Positions 38,083 through 48,402 of a DNA stretch of 64,000 bases are shown in pieces. The stretch comes from a bacterium. GTDB lineage: Bacteria > Hydrothermota > Tepidihabitantia > B3-TA06. The notes beneath the pieces are model-generated. The model was not told the origin of the DNA. It did not search any database and saw nothing but the letters and a program-made list of their open reading frames with translations. Location of the stretch: the NCBI GenBank assembly GCA_012517375.1, contig JAAYVC010000037.1, positions 3,485 through 67,484 of the forward strand, given 5' to 3'. The stretch's first letter is position 1, and each line of letters begins with the position of its first letter. A program made the translations under genes and the position numbers.

Positions 38083-39617
38083 GTTTCTTCCTCCGCCTTA
38101 TGACCGAGAAGGTCTCCAATCTTCTTGCGCAGCGAGGTGCGGTCGAGCTGGGCCTTTGTGAATATATCGCGGATGTTGTGGCTAAGGTTCGCCCTGTCTA
38201 TCTCGGTCAGGTCTTTTGCGGTAAAAAGGATGACGGGCAGGCCTTTCGTTACCTCATCCGACTCCATGAGCCTCATTACGTCGAACCCGTCCAGATCGGG
38301 CATCATCAAATCAAGAACAACCAGATCGGGCTTGTCTGCGCGAGCCTTTTTAAGTCCCTCAACCCCGCTTGCCGCTTTGAGGACCTCGTAGCCGTCCAGC
38401 TTCAGCATCTCCTCTATAAGGCTTATATCGGCAGGGTTATCGTCAATAACAAGCACCCGCTTTGTCCGCCGGCCCGATCTGGCTAGCTTTTCAATCTTTG
38501 AAAGAAGCTCTACCCTGGCAACAGGTTTGACCATGTAGTCGACGGCGCCCAGAGAAAGTCCGAAGCTCTTGTCCTCCACGATTGAAACGACGATAATCGG
38601 AATGTCCTTTGTCTCGGGAATCTCCTTCAGCCTGTGCAGAACCCTCCAGCCATCCATCTCCGGAAGCAGAATATCCAGTGTAATGGCCGCTGGTATAAGG
38701 GTCAAAGCCTTGCTCAAGGCCTCCTCTCCTGTTGTTGCGACCTCCACCTTGTAGCCAGCTTCGCCCAGCCACACGGACATTAGGTTGGCTGCGAGGGGAT
38801 TATCCTCAACGACTAGAATAGGTTTATCCGTGACAGGCGGAAGCTTTCCTTTAAGCTCCTCCTTATCCTTTGGATGCGCGGGCTGCTCGAAGCGTACGTA
38901 CGGAAGCTTTACGGTGAATGTAGAACCGGCTCCTGGAGCGCTCTTGACGTCAATGGAGCCTCCCTGTATCTCAAGAAGCTTCTTCACGAGCGCCAGACCG
39001 AGCCCGGTTCCCTCATACCTCCTGGTAGTAGTGCCGTCCACCTGGTGGAAAGCCTCGAAAACCTTCTTTACCTCCTCCTCCTCTATCCCTATCCCGGTAT
39101 CAGATACCGAAACAAGCAATTTATCGCCCACCTTACCTGCCTTAATCACTATGGTTCCCTTTTCAGTGAACTTAACGGCGTTGGAGAGGAGATTATCCAC
39201 TATCTGCGCAAGCTTGCGGCGGTCGGTAAGAATCGTTTCGAGAGGCTCAACCTCGACCTTGAGCTCTATTCCCTTTCGTTCGGAGATAACGTTGTATGCC
39301 TTAAGCACTTCCCAGATGACGGTCGAGATCTCAGTAGGCTCGTTGAATATCTCAAGCATGCCCGCCTCGAGACGGGAGTAGTCAAGGATGTCGTTTACCA
39401 GCCTCAGCAGGTGAGAGCCCGAGGAATGGATTATACTTATGTAGTGGCGCTGCTTTTCATTAAGGTCGCCCACAAGACCGTCCATCAACAGTTCGCTGAA
39501 CCCGATTACGGAGTTCAGGGGCGTGCGCAGCTCGTGACTCATGCTCGCAAGAAACTGCGACTTAAGCCTTGCGGCTTCTATTATTTCCTGCGCCTTCTTG
39601 TTTTCGTCCTGTTTCAA
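38079..39617 (-). CDS. Hybrid histidine kinase (HisKA-HATPase-REC-REC) with no sensor domain
   Basis: MSHELRTPLN at residue ~26; NLLSNAVKFT; DTGIGI; GTGLGL; two receivers; TTG start after AGGAGG. Confidence 0.93.
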   Translation of the reverse strand: MKQDENKKAQEIIEAARLKSQFLASMSHELRTPLNSVIGFSELLMDGLVGDLNEKQRHYISIIHSSGSHLLRLVNDILDYSRLEAGMLEIFNEPTEISTVIWEVLKAYNVISERKGIELKVEVEPLETILTDRRKLAQIVDNLLSNAVKFTEKGTIVIKAGKVGDKLLVSVSDTGIGIEEEEVKKVFEAFHQVDGTTTRRYEGTGLGLALVKKLLEIQGGSIDVKSAPGAGSTFTVKLPYVRFEQPAHPKDKEELKGKLPPVTDKPILVVEDNPLAANLMSVWLGEAGYKVEVATTGEEALSKALTLIPAAITLDILLPEMDGWRVLHRLKEIPETKDIPIIVVSIVEDKSFGLSLGAVDYMVKPVARVELLSKIEKLARSGRRTKRVLVIDDNPADISLIEEMLKLDGYEVLKAASGVEGLKKARADKPDLVVLDLMMPDLDGFDVMRLMESDEVTKGLPVILFTAKDLTEIDRANLSHNIRDIFTKAQLDRTSLRKKIGDLLGHKAEEET

Positions 39618-39957
39618 CTGGCCTCCTTGCCGAATGCATACAGCCTGCGTGAAATTAAAGTTTAAGCCGTCTTTTCAAAAAGTCAAGCAGGATTTGCGCT
39701 GTAAGATCAGCAAAAAACGCGGATACGCGAACATCTGCATCCGCACCTTCTGCAGAAATCAAAGGATTTTCTATCGCCTTACGCTGGCCTCCAGATGTCG
39801 CCGCTATCTCATAAACGTGTAGGCATCGCGATAAAATGCGTTTGTCAGCGCGCCATCGCCCGGAACCCTGAAACCGTTGCATGATGATCTAAGGACTTGA
39901 ATATAAGGCCTTAGACTCATTAGTCGTTTATAAAAAGCGAGATTGACCTCCGGGGTC

Positions 39958-40132
39958 TTGACATACCCTAGTATTTTTCTATAATTAGCTTGATGATTTC
40001 AAAGAGAAGCGCAAGTCCCTTTAAAAGGTTTCAAAATCCATCGATATATGATGACGAGATTAATGGACTTAGCGATAAGCGCATATTAAAGCTTGACATG
40101 CGCCTTGACATGCCGTATATCCATCCTATACT
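39958..40132 (+). promoter_or_regulatory. Tandem sigma-70 promoters of the dfx operon
   Basis: TTGACA-16-TATAAT (39958-39985) and TTGACA-16-TATACT (40105-40132); direct repeat CTTGACATGC x2. Confidence 0.7.
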
Positions 40133-40202
40133 AGGATTGAAGGAGCGGCGTGTTCAGGTAAAAATTTGTCAAAAAATCCCTTTTTAGGCCAAAGGAGGAA
40201 TA

Positions 40203-40586
40203 ATGGCTCAACACTCAAAGATATACAAGTGCGAGGAATGCGGAGACATGATCGAGGTCATAAAGGAAGGTTGCGGCAACTACACCTGCCACGGGCAACC
40301 CATGATGCTTCTGGTGGAGAACACCACCGACGCGGCAAAGGAGAAACACGTACCCGTCATCGAGAAGATCGCGTCGGGATACAAGGTCAAGATAGGCAGC
40401 GTGGCACATCCTATGGAAGAAAAACACTTTATAGAATGGGTTGAACTCTCCGACTCCGAGGGCCGTGTTTACCGCAAACAGCTCAGGCCGGGCGATGCGC
40501 CCGAGGCCGAGTTCCTGATGCCTGCCTCGTCCTCCGTCACCGCACGCGAACACTGCAACATTCACGGTCTCTGGAAAGGGGAATAA
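40203..40586 (+). CDS. dfx: Desulfoferrodoxin (superoxide reductase)
   Basis: YKCEECG; TCHGQPM; EKHVP; HPM..KHFIEWV; HCNIHGLW. Confidence 0.96.
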   Translation: MAQHSKIYKCEECGDMIEVIKEGCGNYTCHGQPMMLLVENTTDAAKEKHVPVIEKIASGYKVKIGSVAHPMEEKHFIEWVELSDSEGRVYRKQLRPGDAPEAEFLMPASSSVTAREHCNIHGLWKGE

Positions 40587-40587
40587 G

Positions 40588-41142
40588 ATGATCTCGAAGA
40601 AGATAGAAGAAGGCTTCAACAAGCAGCTTAACGCCGAGCTTTACGCGGCGTACCTCTATTTCGCCATAGGAGCGTGGTTCGAGGAGCGCAACCTCGACGG
40701 TTTTGCACATTGGATGAAGGCTCAGGCGTTCGAGGAGACGAGCCATGCCATGCGCTTCTACAAGCATGTTCTGAACCGCGGCGGGCATCCCACGTTCTCG
40801 GCTATAGCAAAGCCCGAGGGCGCCTGGAACACGCCTCAAGAGGCGTTTGCTGCAGCATACGAGCACGAAGTAAAGGTCACGAAGATGATAAACGACCTCG
40901 TTGACCTTGCTCAGGCTGAAAAAGACAACGCCGCGCTGCGGGGAATCCTCGACTGGTTCGTAAACGAGCAAATCGAAGAAGAGGAGCAGACCATGGTCGC
41001 CGTGGACCGGCTCAAGATGCTCGGAGACGACAAGCAGGCGCTCTACCTCCTAGACAAGGAGTACGGTGCCCGGCCTCTTGTCACGACCGCTTTCATTATA
41101 AACCCCAACGCTGCCGGCGCTGCAGCCGACGCAGGAGCGTAA
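40588..41142 (+). CDS. ftn: Non-heme ferritin
   Basis: QLNAELYAAYLY; EETSHAMRF; HEVKVT; WFVNEQIEEE. Confidence 0.95.
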   Translation: MISKKIEEGFNKQLNAELYAAYLYFAIGAWFEERNLDGFAHWMKAQAFEETSHAMRFYKHVLNRGGHPTFSAIAKPEGAWNTPQEAFAAAYEHEVKVTKMINDLVDLAQAEKDNAALRGILDWFVNEQIEEEEQTMVAVDRLKMLGDDKQALYLLDKEYGARPLVTTAFIINPNAAGAAADAGA

Positions 41143-41143
41143 G

Positions 41144-41638
41144 ATGGGTATCAGCTTCAATGCGGAAGAGATACTCGGAATAGCGGTGCAGATAGAGCGC
41201 AACGGCCAGAAGTTCTACAAACAGGCGGCGTCCAACATCGCTAACGAAGAACACAAAAAGCTTCTTGAGGAGCTTGCCGCGATGGAAGTCGCGCACGAGA
41301 AATATTTTTCAGGGATGCTCAACTCTCTCTCCCCTGACGAGCGCGGCACCAAGGACTACGACCTCGATAACGAAGCCGCAGGATACCTCAAGAACGTGGC
41401 CGACGGCAACGTATTCGACTACCGCAAGGACCCAACAGAACTCCTCAAGGGTATCGAATCCATAGACGATATTCTCAGAACGGCAATCGGCATGGAGAAG
41501 GAATCGGTGGTCTTCTACTCAGGAATCAGGCAGATGGTCCCCGAGCATATGGGCTCGGAGCGCATCGACGAGATAATAAAAGAAGAGCTCTCGCACATCA
41601 GCCTCCTGTCCCGAGAGCTCATAGCCGTAGGGAAGTAA
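41144..41638 (+). CDS. Rubrerythrin/ferritin-like diiron protein
   Basis: AVQIERNG..FY; E..H twice; AIGMEKES..FY. Confidence 0.9.
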   Translation: MGISFNAEEILGIAVQIERNGQKFYKQAASNIANEEHKKLLEELAAMEVAHEKYFSGMLNSLSPDERGTKDYDLDNEAAGYLKNVADGNVFDYRKDPTELLKGIESIDDILRTAIGMEKESVVFYSGIRQMVPEHMGSERIDEIIKEELSHISLLSRELIAVGK

Positions 41639-41725
41639 CGAGGCCAGAATGAAGCCTCGCTACGACCTGCATGAAAGAGAAAGGGAGGAGCACCCAGGCT
41701 CCTCCCCCTCATCCGGGGGCAACGA

Positions 41726-43228
41726 GTGAAACTAAGTCCCAAGACGAGAGTGGGCGAACTTCTTGACGCCTACCCGTTTCTCCTCGACTTCCTGCCTGAC
41801 TATAATAAACATTTTGAGAAGCTCCTTAACCCGGTGGCGCGCGCGACCATTGCGAAGGTCGCCACTCTGGAGATGGCCGCCCAGAACAACAATCTCGATT
41901 TGAAAAGGTTTCTTGAGGATTTAAGAACAGCGATACTCGAAAACACGGGCGAAGAGCTTGTAATCATGTCCGACGAAGAGCTGAGAGCGAGAGCAAAAAA
42001 GATAAAGTCCATTCTTGCCGAACTGCACGAGAAGGGCCCATCCTCACGAGAGTCGCTTGAGCGCCGTTTCGCGGAAGAGATAAAGGACATAACCCCGGGC
42101 GAGATTGGCGAGATAGAGCAGGAGCTCGTACGGGAAGGAATGACGCCCGAAGATATAACCTCCATGTGCGACCTTCACGTTGCCGTGATGCGCTCCGGTC
42201 TTGAATCGTCACCCGACATGCCTGCCGGACACCCCGTGCATACGGCAAGGCTTGAAAACCGCGAGTTCGAAAAGCTTGCAAGGACGCTCTCCGGGCTTGC
42301 AAGGGAACTGGGCAAGGCATCGCTTAAAGAAAAAGCGCCCGCGCTCGAAAAGACGCTTTCTTCGCTCAGCCTTGTTGAAAAGCACTACCTGAGGAAGGAG
42401 CACGAGCTGTTCCCGCGCCTTGAGAAACACGGCGTGACAGCTCCTCCTCAAGTGATGTGGGCCGTTCACGACCAGGTGCGCGCGCTATTAAAAGAAACGA
42501 AGGGATTGCTCGAAAAAACCAGTGTCAAAGAGTTTTCCGAGAAAGCGAGAAAACTTTCCGCAACAGTGCTCGATATGATATATAAAGAGGAGCAGATTCT
42601 TTTCCCTATGGCGCTTGAGCACCTGTCGTCCCAGGAGTGGCTCGAGATAAAGAGGGGGGAGGATGAGATCGGCTACAGCCTTGTAACCCCGGGCGCGGAT
42701 TGGAATCCTCAAACTTCCCCTGAGCCCGGCGCTCAAGACGGCTCAATAAAAAAAGATCTGGGAGAACAAGGAGAAACAATGGAGCTTAACGAGTTTGCAG
42801 AAAATCTCAAGAAAAATGCGAGACTGCCGCTCAGCGTCGGCGGTCTTACGCTTGAACAGATAGACCTCATGCTCAAAAATCTTCCCGTTGACATATCGTT
42901 CGTCGATGAGCACGACGAGCTTCGCTACTACTCCGACACGCCCGAACGCATCTTCACGCGCACGCCCGGAGTCATAGGCCGCAAGGTGCAAAACTGCCAT
43001 CCGCCCAAGAGCGTGCACGTGGTTCAAAAGATTATAGACGAATTCCGCAAGGGGACAAAAGATGTCGCCGAGTTCTGGATTGAGCTTTCAGGCAAGTTCA
43101 TCCATATACGCTACTTCGCAATGAGGGACAGTAATGGTCGCTACCGCGGCACCCTGGAGGTGTCGCAGGACGTGACAGGAATCCGCAAACTCGAGGGACA
43201 GAAAAGGCTTCTGGATTGGAAGGAATAG
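41726..43228 (+). CDS. DUF438 protein (DUF1858-DUF438-hemerythrin-PAS)
   Basis: MCDLHV; GHPVHT..EN; HYLRKEHELFP; MWAVHD; KEEQILFP; GRKVQNCHPPKS. Confidence 0.9.
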   Translation: MKLSPKTRVGELLDAYPFLLDFLPDYNKHFEKLLNPVARATIAKVATLEMAAQNNNLDLKRFLEDLRTAILENTGEELVIMSDEELRARAKKIKSILAELHEKGPSSRESLERRFAEEIKDITPGEIGEIEQELVREGMTPEDITSMCDLHVAVMRSGLESSPDMPAGHPVHTARLENREFEKLARTLSGLARELGKASLKEKAPALEKTLSSLSLVEKHYLRKEHELFPRLEKHGVTAPPQVMWAVHDQVRALLKETKGLLEKTSVKEFSEKARKLSATVLDMIYKEEQILFPMALEHLSSQEWLEIKRGEDEIGYSLVTPGADWNPQTSPEPGAQDGSIKKDLGEQGETMELNEFAENLKKNARLPLSVGGLTLEQIDLMLKNLPVDISFVDEHDELRYYSDTPERIFTRTPGVIGRKVQNCHPPKSVHVVQKIIDEFRKGTKDVAEFWIELSGKFIHIRYFAMRDSNGRYRGTLEVSQDVTGIRKLEGQKRLLDWKE

Positions 43229-43680
43229 TGGACAAAGCCGCCTTAGACCTTGGTTCGGGAACGCTCACTCTCGAAGAGCTGAGAATGATGCTTCGCTCCC
43301 TGCCCCTCAATATCGACTACGTCGATGAGAATGACGCCTTTCGCTACTATTCCAACGGCGACAGGCTATTCAAGCTATCGACAGACGAGCTCGGCAAGAA
43401 CCTTGAGGAGTGTCATTCAGAAAAATCAATGCCAATGGTCAAGGAGATTACAGGCGCGTTCAGGAAAGGAAGAAACGAACCCTACAGGTTCGTTAACTTA
43501 AAAGAAGGCCGCTGGCTGGAAGTGCGGTATATCCCTTTACGTGATGAAAAGGGAGACTATAAAGGAATCCTTGAACTCTCTCAGGATATCACCGAGGCCT
43601 GCAACATCAAGACCCCGTATGTCCCGCCGGAGTTCGGGGAGCTCCTTGAGCAGTCAAGGAGGAACAATGAACACCCGTAA
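43228..43680 (+). CDS. Stand-alone PAS domain protein similar to the DUF438 C-terminus
   Basis: GTLTLEEL..LP..I.YVDEND..RYYS; ECHSEKS; G.YKGILELSQDIT; GTG overlapping upstream stop. Confidence 0.85.
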   Translation: MDKAALDLGSGTLTLEELRMMLRSLPLNIDYVDENDAFRYYSNGDRLFKLSTDELGKNLEECHSEKSMPMVKEITGAFRKGRNEPYRFVNLKEGRWLEVRYIPLRDEKGDYKGILELSQDITEACNIKTPYVPPEFGELLEQSRRNNEHP

Positions 43681-43975
43681 CACCCGTAACACCCGTAACA
43701 CCCGTAACACCCGCAGCGCCAGCAGCGCCAGCAGCCCCAGCAGCCCCAGCAGCGCCGGTAGCGCCCGTAGCGCCCGCAGGGTTACCATTCCAGCTATAAG
43801 CTGCACCTACTGTTCCAGGCTCATCAAAAGAGAGCTTGAAACCATAGAGGGGGTCAAGGTAGTTGTCGTTAACCTGCCTTTGAGAGAGGTCGTTGTTGAA
43901 TGGCAGCCTCCCGCTACGTGGGAGGCAATTGTGCGAATGCTCAAGGAAATAGAGTATCCGCCGAAGGAGAACTGA
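43667..43975 (+). CDS. HMA copper-chaperone-like protein with repeat-encoded N-terminus
   Basis: ATG 43667 after AGGAGG; IPAISCTYC; N-terminal (NTR)5. Confidence 0.8.
   Translation: MNTRNTRNTRNTRNTRSASSASSPSSPSSAGSARSARRVTIPAISCTYCSRLIKRELETIEGVKVVVVNLPLREVVVEWQPPATWEAIVRMLKEIEYPPKEN
43670..43777 (+). repeat. 9-bp tandem repeat, 12 units, in frame
   Basis: (AACACCCGT)4 AACACCCGC (AGCGCCAGC)2 (AGCCCCAGC)2 AGCGCCGGT AGCGCCCGT AGCGCCCGC. Confidence 0.92.
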
Positions 43976-43978
43976 TTT

Positions 43979-44185
43979 ATGGAAGAAAGAAAAATAAAGA
44001 TACCTGCAATCAGCTGTCATCACTGCAAGATGACCATAGAGCGCGCGCTTTCGGAGCTTGCGGGCATTCGCTCCGTCGAAGTCGATGAACAGGCAAAGAC
44101 CGCACTCATCGTCTGGGATGCCCCACTTACGTGGGAGCTGATAGCCCAGACACTTGCGGAGATTGGATATCCGCCCGAAGCATAG
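43979..44185 (+). CDS. HMA copper chaperone (CopZ-like)
   Basis: IPAISCHHCKMTIERAL; EIGYPP. Confidence 0.9.
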   Translation: MEERKIKIPAISCHHCKMTIERALSELAGIRSVEVDEQAKTALIVWDAPLTWELIAQTLAEIGYPPEA

Positions 44186-44206
44186 AAGATTACCGAGGAG
44201 GTAATT

Positions 44207-44419
44207 ATGGAAAAGAAGATATTCAAGGTGAAAAAAGTTGAAGGCTTCTCCACGTACCTTGAACTCAAGAACGAATTCTCTAAGATAGAAGGATTCAAGG
44301 ACGTAAAGGTCGATATCACGACAAAACAGATAAGGGTTTTATGGGACGCTCCGGCGACATGGAACGATTTCGAGCTTGAGCTGACACGGATGGGTTACCA
44401 GCCTGTCTTTTTAGATTGA
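44207..44419 (+). CDS. HMA-fold protein lacking CxxC
   Basis: IEGFKDVKVD..WDAPATW..MGY matches neighbours; SD GAGGAGG; no Cys. Confidence 0.75.
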   Translation: MEKKIFKVKKVEGFSTYLELKNEFSKIEGFKDVKVDITTKQIRVLWDAPATWNDFELELTRMGYQPVFLD

Positions 44420-44487
44420 AGGACTTCGTAAGAAGAGGAGCCTTGAACCGAAGGAAGAGTGGAAGGACAGGGAATGAATAGTAAAAT

Positions 44488-46791
44488 GTGAAAGAAATGA
44501 AGTTGGATAAAAAGAATCCGGATAATCGGGCAATGGGAGAGAAAGTTCCAGGCAAAACAGAAACCGTGAAGGAGCGCATTGAACTACCCATTATAGGTAT
44601 GACGTGCGCCAACTGTGTGCTTACAATCGAGCGTAATCTTCGAAAAAAAGTTCCCGGCTTAATATCCGCCACAGTCAACCTTGCCACCCAACGAGCATCG
44701 GTCGAGTTCGATCCCCGACTCGCGAGCCCGAAACTCATTGCAGAAGTCATAGATAGTGCGGGTTACAAGGCGATACTTCCGACCGAGAAATCCAGGGACG
44801 AGGAAGAGCGCGCCCGCGACAGGGAAGAAAGAAAGGAGAGGCAGGCTTTCTGGACAGGCGTTGCCTTTGCCGCTCCGCTCTTCGTCCTGAGCATGCTTCG
44901 CGATTTCGGGGCGCTGGGGCACTGGTCGCACGCATTATGGTTTAACTGGGTTTTCCTCGGCCTTGCTTTGCCTGTTCAGTTCTATACGGGTTTTGGTTTC
45001 TACAAAGGAGGGTTTAAGTCGCTGCGTTCGGGTTCTGCGAATATGGACGTCCTCGTGGCCATGGGTTCCTCGGTCGCGTTCATCTACTCCGCCGCCGTCA
45101 CCATCTTTCCCCAGGCAGGTAATCACGTTTACTTCGAGACCTCGGCTTTAATAATCACTCTCATCAAGCTCGGCAAGATGCTCGAGGCACGAGCTAAGGG
45201 TCGCGCTTCAGGGGCTATCCGCAAGCTCATGGATCTGGCTCCGAAGGTTGCGCACATTGTGATGTCCGACGGACTCGAACGCGAGGTGCCGGCAGAGCAG
45301 GTCAGGCCAGGAGATATAGTTGTTGTCAGACCTGGAGAGCGCATACCGGTGGACGGCGAGGTGGTATCGGGTTCATCCTCGGTCGATGAAAGCATGCTTA
45401 CCGGCGAGTCAATGCCCCAGGACAAGAACGTTGGAGCAAAGGTGTTCGGAGCGACTATCAATCTGGAGGGCCTCGTAAAAATCAAAGCCGAAAGCATCGG
45501 CTCCGATACGGCTCTTGCGCAAATCGTCAGGCTTGTTCTGGCCGCTCAGGCTTCAAGGGCGCCAATCCAGAGGCTGGCGGACAGGGTTTCAGCCGTATTC
45601 GTCCCGGTCATAATCGCAACGGCCTTCGTTACCTTTATCCTGTGGTGGCTCGCAGGAGGCCAGTTCGCGCCTGCCATGCTGCGCCTTGTTGCCGTTCTCG
45701 TTATAGCGTGCCCCTGCGCCCTCGGCCTCGCCACGCCAACGGCCATAATGGTCGGAACCGGCCGAGGAGCCGGAATGGGCATACTCTTCAAGTCGAGTGA
45801 GGTGCTGGAGACCGTTCACAAACTCGATATCGTCATGTTCGATAAGACGGGCACAATCACAGAGGGCAAGCCAGTTCTTACGGACTGGATTCCGCTTGAC
45901 TCCGGCGATGAAGGTCTTGTTTTAGCCGCATCCGCCGAGCAGGGCTCCGAGCACCCGATTGCAAAAGCGGTTGTCGAGGGAGCCCGTGCAAGAGGCTTGC
46001 ATCTCAAGGAGCCTCAGGATTTCAAGGCGGAACCAGGATTCGGGATAAAGGCTCTAATCGCGGACAGGAAGGTGCGCGTGGGCAAGCGCGCCTGGTTCGA
46101 GCTGAGTGAGGATGCAAAGGAAATGTCGGACGAACTTGCCTCTCTGGGCAAGACGGTCATGATCGCCGAGATAGACGGTCGAATCGCCGGGCTTCTTGCC
46201 GTAGCAGACTCGGAGAAGAAAACCTCAAGGCAGGCTATTTCGGCCCTGCACGCCCTCGGTCTCAAGACCGTTATGCTCACAGGCGACAGCCGCGAGGCTG
46301 CCCATGCAATAGCCTCAAAGGTAGGGATAGACGAAGTGAGGGCCGGCGTTCTGCCCGGTGACAAGGAAAGACTCGTGCACGAAGAACTGGATAAGGGAAG
46401 GAAGGTTGCCATGGTCGGAGACGGGATTAACGACGCGCCTGCGCTAACTCGAGCCGACGTAGGCATAGCGATAGGCACAGGGTCGGATATCGCCTTGGAG
46501 GCATCTGATGTTACGCTTGTGAAGGGCGACCTCCGGGATGTCGTGCGGGCGATAGCACTTTCCAAAGCCACCATGAGCGCCATAAGGCAGAACCTTTTCT
46601 GGGCCTTCTTTTACAACATCCTCCTCGTTCCCGTTGCTGCGGGCGCGCTGCACTGGTTCGCGTGGCTGCCATCCCTAATACGCGACCTGCATCCCGTGCT
46701 TGCTGCCGCGGCAATGGCATTCTCCTCCGTCACGGTAGTACTGAACAGCCTCAGACTCTCAAGAAAGAAGGTAGAGTATGAACCACAATGA
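44488..46791 (+). CDS. copA: P1B-type Cu(I)-translocating ATPase
   Basis: GMTCANC; TGES; [10 protein letters not shown]; DKTGT; SEHP; GDGINDAP; YN and MAFSS. Confidence 0.96.
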   Translation: MKEMKLDKKNPDNRAMGEKVPGKTETVKERIELPIIGMTCANCVLTIERNLRKKVPGLISATVNLATQRASVEFDPRLASPKLIAEVIDSAGYKAILPTEKSRDEEERARDREERKERQAFWTGVAFAAPLFVLSMLRDFGALGHWSHALWFNWVFLGLALPVQFYTGFGFYKGGFKSLRSGSANMDVLVAMGSSVAFIYSAAVTIFPQAGNHVYFETSALIITLIKLGKMLEARAKGRASGAIRKLMDLAPKVAHIVMSDGLEREVPAEQVRPGDIVVVRPGERIPVDGEVVSGSSSVDESMLTGESMPQDKNVGAKVFGATINLEGLVKIKAESIGSDTALAQIVRLVLAAQASRAPIQRLADRVSAVFVPVIIATAFVTFILWWLAGGQFAPAMLRLVAVLVIACPCALGLATPTAIMVGTGRGAGMGILFKSSEVLETVHKLDIVMFDKTGTITEGKPVLTDWIPLDSGDEGLVLAASAEQGSEHPIAKAVVEGARARGLHLKEPQDFKAEPGFGIKALIADRKVRVGKRAWFELSEDAKEMSDELASLGKTVMIAEIDGRIAGLLAVADSEKKTSRQAISALHALGLKTVMLTGDSREAAHAIASKVGIDEVRAGVLPGDKERLVHEELDKGRKVAMVGDGINDAPALTRADVGIAIGTGSDIALEASDVTLVKGDLRDVVRAIALSKATMSAIRQNLFWAFFYNILLVPVAAGALHWFAWLPSLIRDLHPVLAAAAMAFSSVTVVLNSLRLSRKKVEYEPQ

Positions 46792-46889
46792 GCGTCTCGC
46801 TGCCAAAAAACATAGCAAAGCAACAACGCGGTTGTTGCGCTCCAAAAAGGGAGCAAATCGTCTTAAGGCTTTCTAAAAAGGAGAATCTG

Positions 46890-47354
46890 ATGCCTGAAAA
46901 AATGCGCGTTCTATTTCTCTGCACGGGCAACTCCTGCCGCTCGCAGATGGCCGAGGGACTGCTGCGCCGTCTCGGCGGAGAAAAGTTCGAAGCCCGCTCG
47001 GCGGGAACAATTCCATCCTTCGTCCACCCGAGAGCGGTAGAGGTCATGGCTGAACTCGGGATTGACATCTCCCAGCATCGCTCAAAGCACGTTTCGGAGT
47101 TCGCGGGCGAGACTTTCGATTTCGTAATATCCTTATGCGGCGAGTCGAACTGCCCATCCTTTATCGGCAAGACAGGTACAAGCCTTCACTGGCCCTTTCC
47201 TGACCCGGTTGGTGCCGCAGGAAGCGATTACGACGTGCTCAAAGGGTTCCGCAGAGTCAGGGATGCTATTAAAGCGAAGATCGAGGAGTTCGTCGGAAAC
47301 CCCGAATCTTTTGTATCACGCAGCCCCGATTTCTTTGTTAAACGTCCGGATTAG
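46890..47354 (+). CDS. arsC: Thioredoxin-dependent arsenate reductase (LMW-PTP fold)
   Basis: ATG 46890 after AAGGAG; CTGNSCRSQMAEG; LC..CP; HWPFPDP. Confidence 0.9.
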   Translation: MPEKMRVLFLCTGNSCRSQMAEGLLRRLGGEKFEARSAGTIPSFVHPRAVEVMAELGIDISQHRSKHVSEFAGETFDFVISLCGESNCPSFIGKTGTSLHWPFPDPVGAAGSDYDVLKGFRRVRDAIKAKIEEFVGNPESFVSRSPDFFVKRPD

Positions 47355-47389
47355 TCGGGAATTCCTCGAATAATTGATCTCGGTAAGGC

Positions 47390-48358
47390 CTATTCCGTCG
47401 ACCACTCTGTGGGCCACTCGTTTTCCAGGAAATATCCTTTAGGATTGACGGGAATGCCGGCGATCCTTACCTCGTAATGCAGATGGACCCCTGTCGTTCG
47501 TCCGGTTTCACCCATCACGCCTATGGCTTCATTCCGGCGTACTTTCTGACCTGGCTTTACTAAGAATGCATCAAGATGACCGTAAACGGTTTCGATGCCG
47601 TTTCCGTGTGCGACTACGACGGCGTTTCCGTATCCCGACAGCTCGCCTGCTTGCGTAACGGTTCCGTCGGCGCTTGCCATTACAGGCGTGCCTTTTTTAT
47701 TGGCAATGTCGATTCCCGGATGAAAAGCCGGCGTGTGCAGGAATGGGTCTATGCGGAATCCGAATCCGCTCGAGACGTAACCCTCAGTAGGTTTAATCGA
47801 AGGCGTATGATCCAGCAGATTCTGGTCTGTGGTAAGCCTGCCATCGACTTCTCCGAAGCTTTTCTCAAGGAAAAGGGCCCTGCGGGAAAGCTTATCTATT
47901 GACTGCTCGATATCGAAAACTTCCTCGTAACGCTTGCTGCCCATCATGCGCAGCTCCTCCATAGAAGGTTTCTCTACAGCGGGACCGCCGACGCCCAGCA
48001 AACGTTCATCCGGTAATGCGATATCCATGCCTTTGTATGTGCGAATCTGGGCATCGTGGAACTCCATGAAGGCAAGCATAATAGACATAGAATCCGCGTA
48101 CTCTCTGAGACAAGAGAAGCGGTCCATGAGTTCGAGATTCTCCTCTTCAAGATGTTTCAGTTGAGAACCAGCTATTTGTTTGCTGGCGCAGCTTAGAATG
48201 GATTCGCCGCCTCCCACAAAGAACGAAAACAGGAATAAAGCTCCGCAAAAGAGAGCCCACATCGGAGCGGAAAATCTTAAGGACCTTAACCTTGGTCCGG
48301 CATCGACTATAATCGTTATCTTTCTTTTTATTATATCTTTAACACGCTTCACCATCAT
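47390..48358 (-). CDS. M23 family metallopeptidase
   Basis: HPGID; YGHL; TGVHLHYEV; N-terminal TM and coiled coil. Confidence 0.93.
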   Translation of the reverse strand: MMVKRVKDIIKRKITIIVDAGPRLRSLRFSAPMWALFCGALFLFSFFVGGGESILSCASKQIAGSQLKHLEEENLELMDRFSCLREYADSMSIMLAFMEFHDAQIRTYKGMDIALPDERLLGVGGPAVEKPSMEELRMMGSKRYEEVFDIEQSIDKLSRRALFLEKSFGEVDGRLTTDQNLLDHTPSIKPTEGYVSSGFGFRIDPFLHTPAFHPGIDIANKKGTPVMASADGTVTQAGELSGYGNAVVVAHGNGIETVYGHLDAFLVKPGQKVRRNEAIGVMGETGRTTGVHLHYEVRIAGIPVNPKGYFLENEWPTEWSTE

Positions 48359-48402
48359 AAATTATACATCTAACCGGACGGCTGTCAAAGGCGATCAGGA
48401 AA

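Noticed and set aside
38785-39665. Long antisense ORFs over the kinase, and similar ones over copA, nqr and the radical SAM genes
   Set aside because: Shadow frames of well-supported genes in GC-rich coding DNA.
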